DNA of 56,710 nucleotides, from the IMG/VR virus record IMGVR_UViG_3300028800_002448; one strand, written 5' to 3'. Below are positions 18,834 to 29,123 of this stretch, piece by piece (the stretch's first letter is position 1; every line of letters begins with the position of its first letter). A model generated the notes under the pieces. It worked only from the letters and a program-made list of their open reading frames with translations. It was not told the origin of the DNA and did no database searches. Source of the DNA: an uncultured virus (IMG/VR IMGVR_UViG_3300028800_002448). Taxonomy: Duplodnaviria > Heunggongvirae > Uroviricota > Caudoviricetes. Position numbers and translations under genes: made by a program.

Positions 18834-19401
18834 CGAAGACTGGTACCTGACCTTCCATCAGTGTGGGTGCTCGGAGCCGCTCCTATTCGACACAGGAATC
18901 GGCCAGCGTCGACACAGGGGTGAACTCGTGAGGGTTCGCATCTGCCACCGCTGCTACCTGTCCGTGCGCGTCTCGCCCTACGTGCTCGCGGAATACGGCA
19001 GAGATCCTTCTGACCGGTGGATGATCGAAGAAGTCGGCGTGCTCGAACTGACCCCGCACGAGGTGGCCAGCATGAACCGCCGCATAGTCTGGAGCCCCTG
19101 CCGGATCCTGCCGGCGAAGTGGTTCGTCAAATAAAGAAAGGCGTCAAGCAAGATGACCGCTCTCGCATCCACCTTCAACATCACGGTCCTGGTCACGGTC
19201 GAGGTTCTCTCGGGGCCTACTGCTACCGGCCTTTGTCGAGTGTGCATGCCTGAAGATCGACGACGAGTCTTCATCCGTCACCTCGACTACCTGACGCCGC
19301 TCAACGACGAAGCGCGAAAGATGCTCGGGCCTGCCGCCGGGAGGGAGAACAGGGCATACCACTGATGCACTGCATCCAAATCGACCTCGACCTGTTCTTT
19401 T

Positions 19402-19434
19402 TATCTTGAGTAAAATACAAGATAAGACGAGGAT
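19402..19434 (+). promoter_or_regulatory. Sigma70-type promoter with imperfect dyad
   Basis: TTGAGT(19406)-17-GAGGAT(19429); TATCTT-GAGT-AAAATA-C-AAGATA; downstream gene has GAGGAG SD. Confidence 0.78.
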
Positions 19435-19456
19435 AGATCCCGAGGAGACAACCAAC

Positions 19457-19714
19457 ATGAGCAAGGACAAGCGCAAGAAGATCGCCCGAGCCATCCTGTT
19501 CCAGACCTTCGCCACGGAGCGCGAGCGCGCTGCCCGCAAGGTCGCCAAGTCGGAGCGCGACGCCAAGGCCAAGCGCGAGAAGCGGGCGGCGGTCCGCATG
19601 GCCCGCGAGGCTGCTGCGGCTGCCGGCGTCGTCGGGGCCCCCATCGACGACGGAGCCGACTTCTACGTCGCCTGGACGAAGCAGGACGTCGCCCAGGTCC
19701 TCGGACAGAACTAA
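19457..19714 (+). CDS. Small basic helical protein
   Basis: SD GAGGAG, K/R/A-rich. Confidence 0.7.
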   Translation: MSKDKRKKIARAILFQTFATERERAARKVAKSERDAKAKREKRAAVRMAREAAAAAGVVGAPIDDGADFYVAWTKQDVAQVLGQN

Positions 19715-20423
19715 GGGACGCTCCCGAACGTTTTGAGGATGAGGATCTGATGCGTCACAAGTGGATCCCGGCAGGAACGTACACTTACACCTGCACGAAC
19801 CCGGGCTGTCGTCTAGAGATGCAGCGACCGGCGCGCTATCGCCTGATCGGCACGATCGGCTCGTACAAGGAGGGCTACCTTCCCTGTCCGACATCGGCAG
19901 CATCAGTCGCAGCACCCGCCACGGATCGAGTCTCGACTCTTCGCGAGATCCTCGTCATCGTGGAGGAGGTTCGCAAGAGCCACTCCAGCATGAGCCAGGA
20001 CGCAGTCGAGTCGGTGAGGTTCGTCCTCGACGGCGTGAAGGCCGCCGTCGAGCAGAAGCTCGTGCTGTGCGCTCACGAGGCGTCGGCTTCGAGCACGGCT
20101 GACGAGGACGACCCGATTTGAGCCTGCACGACGACATCAAGACCGAGGAGCTTCTGGAAGAGAAGATCCGCGAGTCGCGGCCGATCCCTCAGAAGAGAGT
20201 CTTCAAACGGTGCTCCGGCTGCGGGCGCGTGTTCTGGCACGACGGAAGGCTCTGCGACGACTGCGCGAAGAAAGAAGTGAAGCCGTGAAGAAGCAGCCGA
20301 GGCGTGAAGAGCAGCTCGCAGACAAGCGAGCAGACAACCTGACCATGGTCTTCGCGACGGTCAGCGGCATCGTGCTGGCGATGGTCGTCACCTTGATCCA
20401 CAGAATCTTGGGAGGTCGCTGAC

Positions 20424-20951
20424 ATGAAGAAGCCATCCGTCGAGCAGATCTTCGTCCTTCGCAAGCTCGCGACGGACTTCCACGCCAACGGCCCGGCGGC
20501 CGGCAAGATCGCCTACTACAAGGGCGGCTACTGGTCGACGCCGGGGCAGGAGGTCAGCCTCAATCTGATGCCAAAGGACTGGCACACGACGCGCCCGTCG
20601 GTCGAGGCCATGGAACGAGCCCACTGGCTGCGAAGGCTCGACACGTCGAGCAACTACGACATCAAGCTCTTCCCGGCGCTGCCTGATCATCAGATCACAC
20701 CGCTCGGGCGCGCGCTCGTCGGCGAGGTCCGCGAGGAGCCCCAACGCTTCGACCCTGACGACGGCAAGATCCACGTTCGGACGGGCCCCTCGAAGCCGAC
20801 GGCCTGCCCCGTCCTCTGCGGCCGGACGGGAGCCGCCAGCGTCTCGTCGGCGAGCGGATTCTGGGGTCCTGACGGGATGGGGTTCCCAGACGTCTGCCGG
20901 AAGTGCTACGAGATCGAGCGGGGTCGGCTGACGGGACGTCTCGCTGGCTGA
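20424..20951 (+). CDS. Hypothetical protein (winged-helix-like plus Zn finger)
   Basis: GGAGG SD; ITPLGRAL; C-terminal LCG...CRKC. Confidence 0.65.
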   Translation: MKKPSVEQIFVLRKLATDFHANGPAAGKIAYYKGGYWSTPGQEVSLNLMPKDWHTTRPSVEAMERAHWLRRLDTSSNYDIKLFPALPDHQITPLGRALVGEVREEPQRFDPDDGKIHVRTGPSKPTACPVLCGRTGAASVSSASGFWGPDGMGFPDVCRKCYEIERGRLTGRLAG

Positions 20952-20973
20952 TCAGATCGCCTGAGAACTCAAG

Positions 20974-21300
20974 ATGGACATTGCCGCATACAACATACTT
21001 GGACGTCGCTTCAAGCTTCGTGATGGTGGTCAATGGAACAAGGCTTCCACAGGAGTCTCTGATCTGTTCTGCGAGAGAGATGAAGTCGTCACGGTGGAAT
21101 CTGTCTCCTCAGCTAGCTCCTTAGCTAGCAACATAAACAACTGCATCGTCAGGGTCAGCCATGACGGTGGAGGCCATTCACTGGGCTCATACACATACTT
21201 CATGAAGAACTTCGACCTGGTGGTCGATGACATCGTGATCGAGAGCGTCGACCAGAAGCAGATCTCAGACACAGCCTTGGTGCTCCACGATGCCTCCTAG
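20974..21300 (+). CDS. Hypothetical protein with C-terminal ESVDQ tag
   Basis: Ends DDIVIESVDQKQISDTALVLHDAS; visibly lower GC; TTA codon at 21121. Confidence 0.7.
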   Translation: MDIAAYNILGRRFKLRDGGQWNKASTGVSDLFCERDEVVTVESVSSASSLASNINNCIVRVSHDGGGHSLGSYTYFMKNFDLVVDDIVIESVDQKQISDTALVLHDAS

Positions 21301-21601
21301 GCTTGGCACACCCAACGCCGAGAAGATCGTCGAGCTGTCCCTCGCGGGGAAGAGCTACGACCAGATCGCCGTCGAGATCGGCATCTCGGAGAGCTACGTC
21401 CTCGTCATCCGCTGGAAGGCGCGGAAGGCCGGCATCCCGATCCCGGCCGACCCTCGGCGGAACAAGAAGGACGCAGAGCCGACGAAGCGCAGCCTCAAGA
21501 GACGCCTCGGCAGCTCGGACGAGGGCAACGCGAAGTGGAAGGCGCTTTCGGACGAGGACCTAGACGATGCTCTGGCCGAAGAGGTGTTGCGTGATGGTTA
21601 A
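21290..21601 (+). CDS. HTH DNA-binding protein
   Basis: IVELSLAGKSYDQIAVEIGISESYV. Confidence 0.75.
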   Translation: MPPRLGTPNAEKIVELSLAGKSYDQIAVEIGISESYVLVIRWKARKAGIPIPADPRRNKKDAEPTKRSLKRRLGSSDEGNAKWKALSDEDLDDALAEEVLRDG

Positions 21602-21923
21602 CTCGGGACGCATTCCGGTCGGTATGCTCGTGGCCGGGACGGTCCTTCGCGCAAAGATCGACACGAGTTGGGTCGCCTTCAGAATCCTTGATCGCAGGAC
21701 CGAAACTATCTTAATCAAAAGCAACGGACTAGCGGTCATCGAAGAGATCACGCGCGAGCCCGTTACCATCTTGGACTCGATAGAGATCATGGTCAGTCTT
21801 TGTCATCCAGATGGATACAAGTCATCTGGTTCGGTGAGAGACATCTTCAGATGCTTCGAAGTCTTTGACGACGTCGTCTACGAGAGCGTTGATCAGAAGC
21901 AGATCGGGAATCGCGATGACTGA
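21594..21923 (+). CDS. Hypothetical protein with C-terminal ESVDQ tag
   Basis: Ends DDVVYESVDQKQIGNRDD; lower GC; TTA codon at 21711. Confidence 0.7.
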   Translation: MVNSGRIPVGMLVAGTVLRAKIDTSWVAFRILDRRTETILIKSNGLAVIEEITREPVTILDSIEIMVSLCHPDGYKSSGSVRDIFRCFEVFDDVVYESVDQKQIGNRDD

Positions 21924-22233
21924 GATCATGGACAGAGCGGAAGTTCGTGAAGTCGTCTTCGAGATCTGGAAGGCAGAGGCCCAGGAACACGCCGACCGAT
22001 TGTCCGTTGCAGGCGGAGATCTGCTCTGGGTCGATGGAGATCCGTATGACCTCGCGAGCCCGGCAGATTCAGCATTCGCGAATGGCGAAAGCCCCTCGGG
22101 CTTCATCGAGAGCATCTTCGAGGAGGACCTCGGTCGGCAGACGCACGACGAGGAGTTGCTGCGCGAGAGCATCGAGGCGTCAGAGGATGAAGAAGAGGAC
22201 TACGGCGACGTCGAAGAGCTGGAGTTCGAATGA
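21916..22233 (+). CDS. Acidic hypothetical protein
   Basis: MTEIMDRAEVREVV; very acidic C-terminus. Confidence 0.65.
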   Translation: MTEIMDRAEVREVVFEIWKAEAQEHADRLSVAGGDLLWVDGDPYDLASPADSAFANGESPSGFIESIFEEDLGRQTHDEELLRESIEASEDEEEDYGDVEELEFE

Positions 22234-22673
22234 CGCAAGAACTCGTTCGCGACGAGGTTCAAGAAGTCGCTCTCATCCATGACAACCGCAACGCGCGTCT
22301 CGTTGCCGACTATCGACAGAGCGGGTCCATCGTGTCGGCCATGAACTGCTCTCTCGTCAGGACCTCGAAGGGCAGCCACGTTCTCCTGATCCCGGACTAC
22401 ATGGTGTTCGAAGTCATCGGTCGGCATGTCGGACACGTCGAGAAGGATGACCTCGACGTCGAGTGGTTCGCCTCGTGGCAGCGCGGAGTGTTGGACGTCT
22501 TCTACTTCAGCCTGAGACATGACGAGAACATCAACAGCTTCGTCACCGACATCCTCACGCTCAGGTCGACCGACGATCTGGCGGAGGTTTACGACCTCAG
22601 CAACCTCGAAGACTTCAAGACGCTCTCCCTCAAGATCTTCCTCAAGGAAGAGGCGGGGACGCACGGTGAGTAG
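22230..22673 (+). CDS. Hypothetical protein with N-terminal tag
   Basis: MTQELVRDEVQEVALI. Confidence 0.7.
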   Translation: MTQELVRDEVQEVALIHDNRNARLVADYRQSGSIVSAMNCSLVRTSKGSHVLLIPDYMVFEVIGRHVGHVEKDDLDVEWFASWQRGVLDVFYFSLRHDENINSFVTDILTLRSTDDLAEVYDLSNLEDFKTLSLKIFLKEEAGTHGE

Positions 22674-23085
22674 CCTCGCCGTGTCAGAGGTCGAGGACGG
22701 GGGCGTCATCAAGGCAGATCTTGAGGTTCGCCCCAACGACATCCTGATCGCTCGATACAGCTACGATCCGCACGGCATCAAGCTGATGGGTGGCTGTCGG
22801 GGCGGCACGCTTGAAATGCCGGTCGGGACCTGGCTTGAGTTTCCTCAGGGTACTGACCAACCCTTCAGCAGAGACGATCTCGTACGTCTGGATGAGGAGA
22901 AGCGACTCAAGGTCATCGCAGTCGCGAAGAGCTTGGACGGGCAAGATCTCCACATCTACGGCAACTGGATGTTCATCAATCCGCCGACGATGCTCGTCGG
23001 GGTCTGGACGGGCGCCTGGGACGGTGAAAAAAGCTACGTGAAGGCTGCCTTCATGGACCTGACGATCTTCGCGCTCGGCAAGTGA
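22666..23085 (+). CDS. Hypothetical protein with N-terminal EVEDG tag
   Basis: GTG start; SSLAVSEVEDGGVI. Confidence 0.7.
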   Translation: MSSLAVSEVEDGGVIKADLEVRPNDILIARYSYDPHGIKLMGGCRGGTLEMPVGTWLEFPQGTDQPFSRDDLVRLDEEKRLKVIAVAKSLDGQDLHIYGNWMFINPPTMLVGVWTGAWDGEKSYVKAAFMDLTIFALGK

Positions 23086-23384
23086 CGAGAGAACTCGACA
23101 TAGCCGACGTGCAGGAGGTCTCGACGATCTCAGAGCTCGCAGACTGGCCCGAGTGCCTCTGCTGTCGAGATCTCCTCGTGCTATGCGAGGACTCCGACGG
23201 CTCGAACCTGCGAGCGTCGTGTCGGTGCGGGATCTGGACGTCAGTCGCCGACATCGACCACGCCTTGGAAGGCGACGCCGAGTTCGATCTCGGCTTGTTG
23301 CTCGTCATCAGAGTCTTTCATCCATGGGGCATGACCGCGACCGGCAGGAACTTCTTCGAAGCCGTCAAGAGAGTCGTCTTGTGA
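23082..23384 (+). CDS. Zn-ribbon protein with N-terminal tag
   Basis: MTRELDIADVQEVS; CLCC...CRCG. Confidence 0.65.
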   Translation: MTRELDIADVQEVSTISELADWPECLCCRDLLVLCEDSDGSNLRASCRCGIWTSVADIDHALEGDAEFDLGLLLVIRVFHPWGMTATGRNFFEAVKRVVL

Positions 23385-23743
23385 TGGGCAGGGGAGTGGT
23401 CACATACAACAAGCGCATCTTTATCTGGGAGCGTGACAAGGGGCTCTGCTGGCTTTGCGGCAGGGCAGTCAAGCTCGAAGACATGTCGCTCGACCACTAC
23501 ATTCCGAAGTCGAAAGGCGGCAAGAACACCGTCGAGAATCTGCGCGCGTCGCATGTCGAGTGCAACAACCAGCGCGGCAACGGCGATCCTCGTCCGACGA
23601 AGAGGCACAACAAGAGGAAGCCCCACAAGAAGGTGAAGAACCCCCCACGCGGGCCGATCATGGACCACATCACGAACGAGACCGTCAGCAAGATGCTCTC
23701 TACGGAAGAACGCATCGTGCTTCAGAAGAGCCAGGAACGATGA
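23384..23743 (+). CDS. HNH endonuclease
   Basis: CWLCG...LDHYIPKSKGG...NLRASHVECN. Confidence 0.9.
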   Translation: MGRGVVTYNKRIFIWERDKGLCWLCGRAVKLEDMSLDHYIPKSKGGKNTVENLRASHVECNNQRGNGDPRPTKRHNKRKPHKKVKNPPRGPIMDHITNETVSKMLSTEERIVLQKSQER

Positions 23744-24282
23744 ACATCGTCGACTTCGACGTCAGGAAGTACGCCTGGTTCCGACGGGGCTTCTGGATGG
23801 CAACCGAGAACGACGAGATGGGGACGTTCGACGACGTCCTCGGCGCGGAGTTCGAGCTGCGAACTCGATTCAAGCTAGGCAAGCCGCCCTGCTCGGGAGA
23901 CGTCGAGACTCAGATCGGCCACGGAGATCTCCTCCTCGACGCCATGTCGATCGCCGAGATGAAAAGCCTCATGCGTGTCTGGAAGCGCAAACGCCTCAAG
24001 GTCTGTCCCATCTGCGGGACGCTCATCGGCAACATCAACAAGACCTGCTCGAACGCATGCAGGAAGATCTCGGTCAAGAGGAAGAGCAAACCGGCCTTCC
24101 TTCATGGCACCTGTGCTCGATGCACGAAAGCTATGACTGCTCCGAGAGGGAAGCTTCTCAACAAGTATTGCTCCAAGGAATGCAGGAGCGTCATCGCGAA
24201 AGAGCGATACGAGGCCGAGCTGCTGACTCGACAGACGGCATACCAGCAATCCTTGGTTTCTTTCTCGGCGGACACGCCGTGA
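23740..24282 (+). CDS. Zn-finger protein
   Basis: CPICG...TCSNAC and CARC...YCSKEC. Confidence 0.7.
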   Translation: MNIVDFDVRKYAWFRRGFWMATENDEMGTFDDVLGAEFELRTRFKLGKPPCSGDVETQIGHGDLLLDAMSIAEMKSLMRVWKRKRLKVCPICGTLIGNINKTCSNACRKISVKRKSKPAFLHGTCARCTKAMTAPRGKLLNKYCSKECRSVIAKERYEAELLTRQTAYQQSLVSFSADTP

Positions 24283-24647
24283 CCAAAGATCTCGAACAGT
24301 CCACCGCCGAGGAAGTCAGGCCTCTCGACGCCGACTTTGAAGATCCATCCCAGCTCCCACACGTCAGTCATCCGCCAGAGCCTCGGCCAGAATGGTGGGG
24401 TCCAGAGCAAGATCGCGCGATGACCTCGCGAGCGCTCTGCATCTGTGGCCACCAAGAAAGCGAGCACTGCGTGCCCAAGGACGACGACGATCGAGAGTGC
24501 ATGCCCGCCATCCGTTGGGACGCCGAGGAGAGGGACGACTGGGGGTATTGCCCTTGCCAACACTTCCACCCGGCAGCCTGATTCTTGCTTTTATCCTCTA
24601 AAAATGAGTTGATCTTCGTCAACCACTCGTCGGAGGACTCTCAGAAC

Positions 24648-24902
24648 ATGGCCAAAAAGCTCTACAAGACCGGGATCAAGCGCGACAAGGACCACATGTA
24701 CTACATCAAGGCGGGGGCCATCTGGGCCGCGCCGATGAAGCGCAAGGGGGTCAAGGGCGGCCGGAAGATCAAGATCGAGCAGTTCGCGAAGGCGGACGAG
24801 CTGGACTACTCGAAGAACCTCTACTTCATCGACAAGGACGGCGACGTGGCTTGCGCCGTTCGCGGTCGCAAGAAGACCGCCAAGAAGAAGTCCAAGAAGT
24901 AG
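24648..24902 (+). CDS. Small basic protein with internal duplication, probable nucleic-acid binder
   Basis: GGAGG SD; HMYYIKAGAIWAA / NLYFIDKDGDVAC repeats and Lys-rich tail. Confidence 0.75.
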   Translation: MAKKLYKTGIKRDKDHMYYIKAGAIWAAPMKRKGVKGGRKIKIEQFAKADELDYSKNLYFIDKDGDVACAVRGRKKTAKKKSKK

Positions 24903-26632
24903 ACCCGAAGGCGACAGGTGGACAGGCGACAAGACAGGCGGGGTACATGAAGAGAGAGCCTCTCCATAGCAACCCTGACGTCGCCGAGGTGATCGCGAAC
25001 AACCGCGACGCCTGTCGCCATCCGGACATGTCCACGGTGACCCGCTGGGTAGGCGGAAGCGGGTCGCCGGGCATGATCGGTGGCCAACGACCGATGACCT
25101 ATTGGCACTGCCCTGCCTGCAAGCAGGACGTGCGGCCGTGGCTGCCCGAGGTCGACGACCCTCTCGTGGTGGACTTCCTCAAGAGGATCTCCGAGGGTCC
25201 ACTGGCGCTTCCCAACGGCCCCCTAGTGGACAAGAACGTCTAGGTTGAAGGGAAGGCCCTTGATCCTCTGGGCGGCGTCGTATGCTTCTGAGGCCTTCGT
25301 GGCGGTGAACTGGAGGTCGCGCTTGCGCGTCTTCACCTCGTACGCGCTCCCGAGGTACTTGAGCAGGATGCCGGCGGCCCTGCGAATCTTCGCGTCGACG
25401 CGGCTGTCGACGGCACCCTCATAGGCGACGGAGATCTTCATCGACGGATGCCCCTGCTCTCGCACGGCGGCTCGTGGTCGGGCTCGCGCTCGCAGATGAA
25501 GGTCGAGAAGTGCGTCTTGAGGACCACTCGACCGCACGGGTTTTTCCTGACGGACATCTTCGGGTATACGGTTTCGAAACCATCACCCTCGACGGTGTCA
25601 CTGGTCTGGGTAGCACTACCACCGACGGAAATCTCGTCAAGAAGGTGTTTCGCCGTCTTAGCGTCCTTCATGTAGGTCATGATACGCTGTTTATCGTATG
25701 GCCGGCAACGGTAGCTCCGACGATGACGACCACAGCAATGGGGAGACTGCGTTCGAGGACGAAGACCTCACGCCGGTCATCGTGTCCATTGGGGACTTCA
25801 GGAACCGGGAGATCCTCGCGATCTTGGGCAACTACCTGATGGAGTCCAAGGAGCAAGCGCTGCGCATGGAGGAGCTTTACAGCGACTTGCGCCAGCTGCC
25901 TTATCCCGCCCATCAGACGTGGGCTGTGAAGGTTCTGGACCTCTTCGAGAGTCGTCAAAAGGCCATGTGCGAGAACTTGGAGGACCTGAGGGAGTACGTC
26001 AAGAAAGGGGCCTGAAGCTCATGATGATGTTGGGTAGGTTCGTGAGCCTTCTGACTCGACCGTTCGTGCTGGTTTCGAACTGGCGCTGGGAGAACCAACG
26101 CTGCGGCAACTTCCTCTGCGCCCACCTGCGCAAGGAGCACTTCAGCTACGCCGGCTTCTGCCTCATAGGCCACTCGACGGAGGAGCCCTGTAAATGTCGC
26201 GCCTACGTGTCTCCCAGACACCCTAGGCGCTAGAGCCGGTGTCCGGCGGCCTCCGACACCACTTCTTCTCGGCGTTCTTGTGCCGGGCCAGGTTGAGGTT
26301 GCCGAAGGTGATCCAGGTGCCGACGACCTTGCCGCATCGGGGGCATTCCTTCGACTTGGCGACCCGCGTCGACAGGCCCATGCCGATGGCGACCCGAGTG
26401 ACTCGGTCGGGGACGGCCATGGTCAACCGGCGGCGACGAGCTTGTACTGGCCGGCGTACTTGCCGTAGGCCTCTTCCAAGAAGGCCTGCCGATCGTGAAG
26501 GTCTTCTTCGCCTGGTGGGAACCGCTTCATGATGTCTTTGACGACCCTGTCGGTCAGTTGTTTCTCATCACGGACGACGCCGATCAGGATCTCGCCGTCG
26601 CCGACGTCGCGCATGACCAGGTACATTTTTCG

Positions 26633-26705
26633 TGGAGCTGACAAGCTTCGAACTTGCAACATCCGCCTTGCAAAGGCGGCGCTCTTCCAATTGAGCTACA
26701 GCCCC
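26633..26705 (-). tRNA. tRNA-Ala(TGC)
   Basis: GGGGCTG/CAGCTCC acceptor with G3:U70, D-arm GCTC/GAGC, CCGCC-TT-TGC-AA-GGCGG, TTCGAA T-loop; CCA not encoded. Confidence 0.93.
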
Positions 26706-27053
26706 TTCAGAGTCTTCAGATAGCTTCCGTCGAGCTGGTACGTGGGGACGATCCCTGGTTGCGTGTCGTCGTCATTTCCTTGGGGTAAGGCGGCGAAAGA
26801 GTCGATGTTGTGCTTCCAACACGTGAACCGGAAGAGCGACCACGGGAACATCTCGTCGCAGATTGTGCAGCGTGCGACTGCTTGCATGGTTCACTCGAAG
26901 AACACCTCATCGTCATACGTTCGACGTCGTCGTTGAGAATCGCACAGAACGACATCTTCTTGCAATTCACGAAGTTGTCGGCCGATGACCTCGACGTAGC
27001 TCATGACGAGGTCGAAGGCGTCGCACAGGACCCGCAGGCTCTTCATCGCGACG

Positions 27054-27386
27054 TCAGCGGATGATGATCACGCTGCCGGGCTGACCAGCCATGCCGGCTG
27101 CTGGAGCGCTAGGTGCTGCGCACCAGGCGATGAGATCGTAGCTCGCGTAGAAACCGGCGAGAGAGTAGACGCTCTCGACGTTCATCTTGGAGATGCCATA
27201 CGGACATTTCTCGCGAGGATCCCACGTCTTGTCCGAGGAGACGACGCCCCAAAGAAAGGATCGTTGCGTCTTCTTCACTGACTTTTCGGGTTGAGCGGCC
27301 GTCAGAAGGACCGAGCTTTGGCTCGCGCAGCTCGCGACAGCCAGGGAAACGACGCAGATCGTGAGCAGGATCTTGGAAGCTTTCAT
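27054..27386 (-). CDS. Bor/Iss-like lipoprotein
   Basis: Lipobox VASC; SFLWG...DPREKCPYG...V...AWC spacing matches the Bor family pattern. Confidence 0.65.
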   Translation of the reverse strand: MKASKILLTICVVSLAVASCASQSSVLLTAAQPEKSVKKTQRSFLWGVVSSDKTWDPREKCPYGISKMNVESVYSLAGFYASYDLIAWCAAPSAPAAGMAGQPGSVIIIR

Positions 27387-27418
27387 TCGATGGGTTCCTT
27401 TCAAGCGGAGGGAACGCC

Positions 27419-27447
27419 ATCTTCTATCTTGCTTAAGATAAAGTCAA
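27419..27447 (-). promoter_or_regulatory. Sigma70-type promoter with dyad in the spacer
   Basis: TTGACT-17-GAAGAT on minus strand; TATCTT-GCTT-AAGATA at 27425-27440. Confidence 0.72.
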
Positions 27448-28130
27448 GCCTCGCAAGCTTGAACGATCTCTTTGAAGACCTCGTCGCGGGTCTGTCCTGC
27501 GTCGATGATGACCCATTGGCGACTTTCCGGAGGGCGCATCCCGATCTCGACTCGCCACAGGTCGCGGTAGATGGCCCTGATCCGTTCCTGAGCCTGTCGG
27601 TCGACCTCGTAGCGGTCCCGAAAGGTTGGACGTCGTCGGGCAGACTCCTCGGCGGAAACGTCGAGGAGGATGTTGATGTCCCCCTGAGGGAGGAGCTGAT
27701 GGATCTCGACCAGCCAGTCCTTGTCGAGCCCGTCGCTTGAGCCGAAGGCGTAGGCCGACTGCCACCAGCGGTCGCAGACGACGTCGTAGCCGTCGGCGAG
27801 CGTCTTCTTGATCTCGACGGCTGCGTGGTACTTGTCGGCGACCATCATGCATTGGAAGGCGAGGGCGTCTTCGGGGGCCTTCTCACCGCCAAGGGTCGCT
27901 GCGGCGAGGTCTGAAAATTGAACATCGACACGAATTTCTCGCTTGAGGTGTCGCAGGATCGCCTTGCCGACGGGAGTCTCATAGCGGGGGAAGGCGATGC
28001 GCTTCGCCTTGCGACCGGGCATCTTGTTGATCTCGTCGACGAGACGCGTGCTCATCTCGAACTTGCCGACGGCATCTGCGCCCTCGAACACGATCAGCCT
28101 TGGGGTTGCGATCATCCGGCGAAGGTACAA
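27444..28130 (-). CDS. tmk: Thymidylate kinase
   Basis: IVFEGADAVGK P-loop, FPRYETPVG, VVCDRW, PQGDINILLD; start may be a few codons internal. Confidence 0.9.
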   Translation of the reverse strand: MYLRRMIATPRLIVFEGADAVGKFEMSTRLVDEINKMPGRKAKRIAFPRYETPVGKAILRHLKREIRVDVQFSDLAAATLGGEKAPEDALAFQCMMVADKYHAAVEIKKTLADGYDVVCDRWWQSAYAFGSSDGLDKDWLVEIHQLLPQGDINILLDVSAEESARRRPTFRDRYEVDRQAQERIRAIYRDLWRVEIGMRPPESRQWVIIDAGQTRDEVFKEIVQACEA

Positions 28131-28182
28131 CTCCTGCCGAACGCGTTCAAGCCCAGGGCGTCCTGAACTGGGGAAGCAGGAG

Positions 28183-28395
28183 CTAGAAGAACTTCATCGA
28201 CGGATCTTGGACCTGCATCGCGACGGGTCGCTTTTGACTCGCTTTGCCGACCTTCGGGACGCCGGCCTTCTTCATGGCCCCTTCGAGCGTCTTGGCGGCG
28301 CCGAGGACCTTCGACATCTGCGGATCCAGGATGACCCAGGTGCCGGGCAAGTGTTGCGTGAGGAGGATTTCGAGAACGGACTTGCGCATGATCAC
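28183..28395 (-). CDS. Small hypothetical protein
   Basis: 70 aa; GTWVIL...VLGAAKTLEGA. Confidence 0.55.
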   Translation of the reverse strand: MIMRKSVLEILLTQHLPGTWVILDPQMSKVLGAAKTLEGAMKKAGVPKVGKASQKRPVAMQVQDPSMKFF

Positions 28396-29123
28396 CGTAA
28401 GAACGTGGTCGCGAGTCGACCGTGGATGAAGGAGTTCTTGTTCTTCTTGGAGGCCGGGAGCAGCTCGTCGACGGCCCTCATCACGCCCGGATACTCAAGC
28501 GAGTAGTCGTGGCCGGCGAGCGTCCCGTCCTTCTTGAGCTTCGGGAGGAAGGCGAGGATCGCATCGCGCGTCCCTTCGTAGGAGTGATCGCTGTCGAGGA
28601 AGACGAAGTCGAGCGAGCCCGCCTCGTACGTCTTGACGGCCTCCAGCTGATCCATCACGCGAAGCCTGATGAGTTCGTCGACACCGAAGACCTCGGTGAA
28701 GTGCTTGAACGTCTCGGGCTTCGCGGAGAAGGACGCATCATCGAACGTGTCGATCACGTCGAAGGAGATCTTCTTGCCCGAGGCCCTGATGAGCATGGCC
28801 ATCTGGCACGCCGAGCGGCCACAGTAGCCCCCGCACTCGACGAACCTCGCGTCGTTGCCGTCTCGGCCGTAGACGCGCACGGCCTGCTCGTAGATGTTCC
28901 CGAAGTCGAACCAGCCCGGGATGGCGTCGAGCGTGAGCGGGCCGACCTCTTCCCAACGATCGAGGACGGCGCTCACGCTGCCTTCCTGCGCTATCAGCGG
29001 CGGAGCAAAGAGGCGTCGCTCGTTTCGAAACTCGTCTCGCCTATCCTTGAGACGGAAGAGCTTGCCGTGGAGATCAGGGCGAGAGAGGTAGGCTGATTCA
29101 GGTGTCGGCTGCGGTGTGATCAT
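28392..29123 (-). CDS. Class I SAM-dependent methyltransferase (Methyltransf_24-like)
   Basis: VECGGYCGRS, DFVFLDSDHSYEG, GTLAGHDY. Confidence 0.9.
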   Translation of the reverse strand: MITPQPTPESAYLSRPDLHGKLFRLKDRRDEFRNERRLFAPPLIAQEGSVSAVLDRWEEVGPLTLDAIPGWFDFGNIYEQAVRVYGRDGNDARFVECGGYCGRSACQMAMLIRASGKKISFDVIDTFDDASFSAKPETFKHFTEVFGVDELIRLRVMDQLEAVKTYEAGSLDFVFLDSDHSYEGTRDAILAFLPKLKKDGTLAGHDYSLEYPGVMRAVDELLPASKKNKNSFIHGRLATTFLR

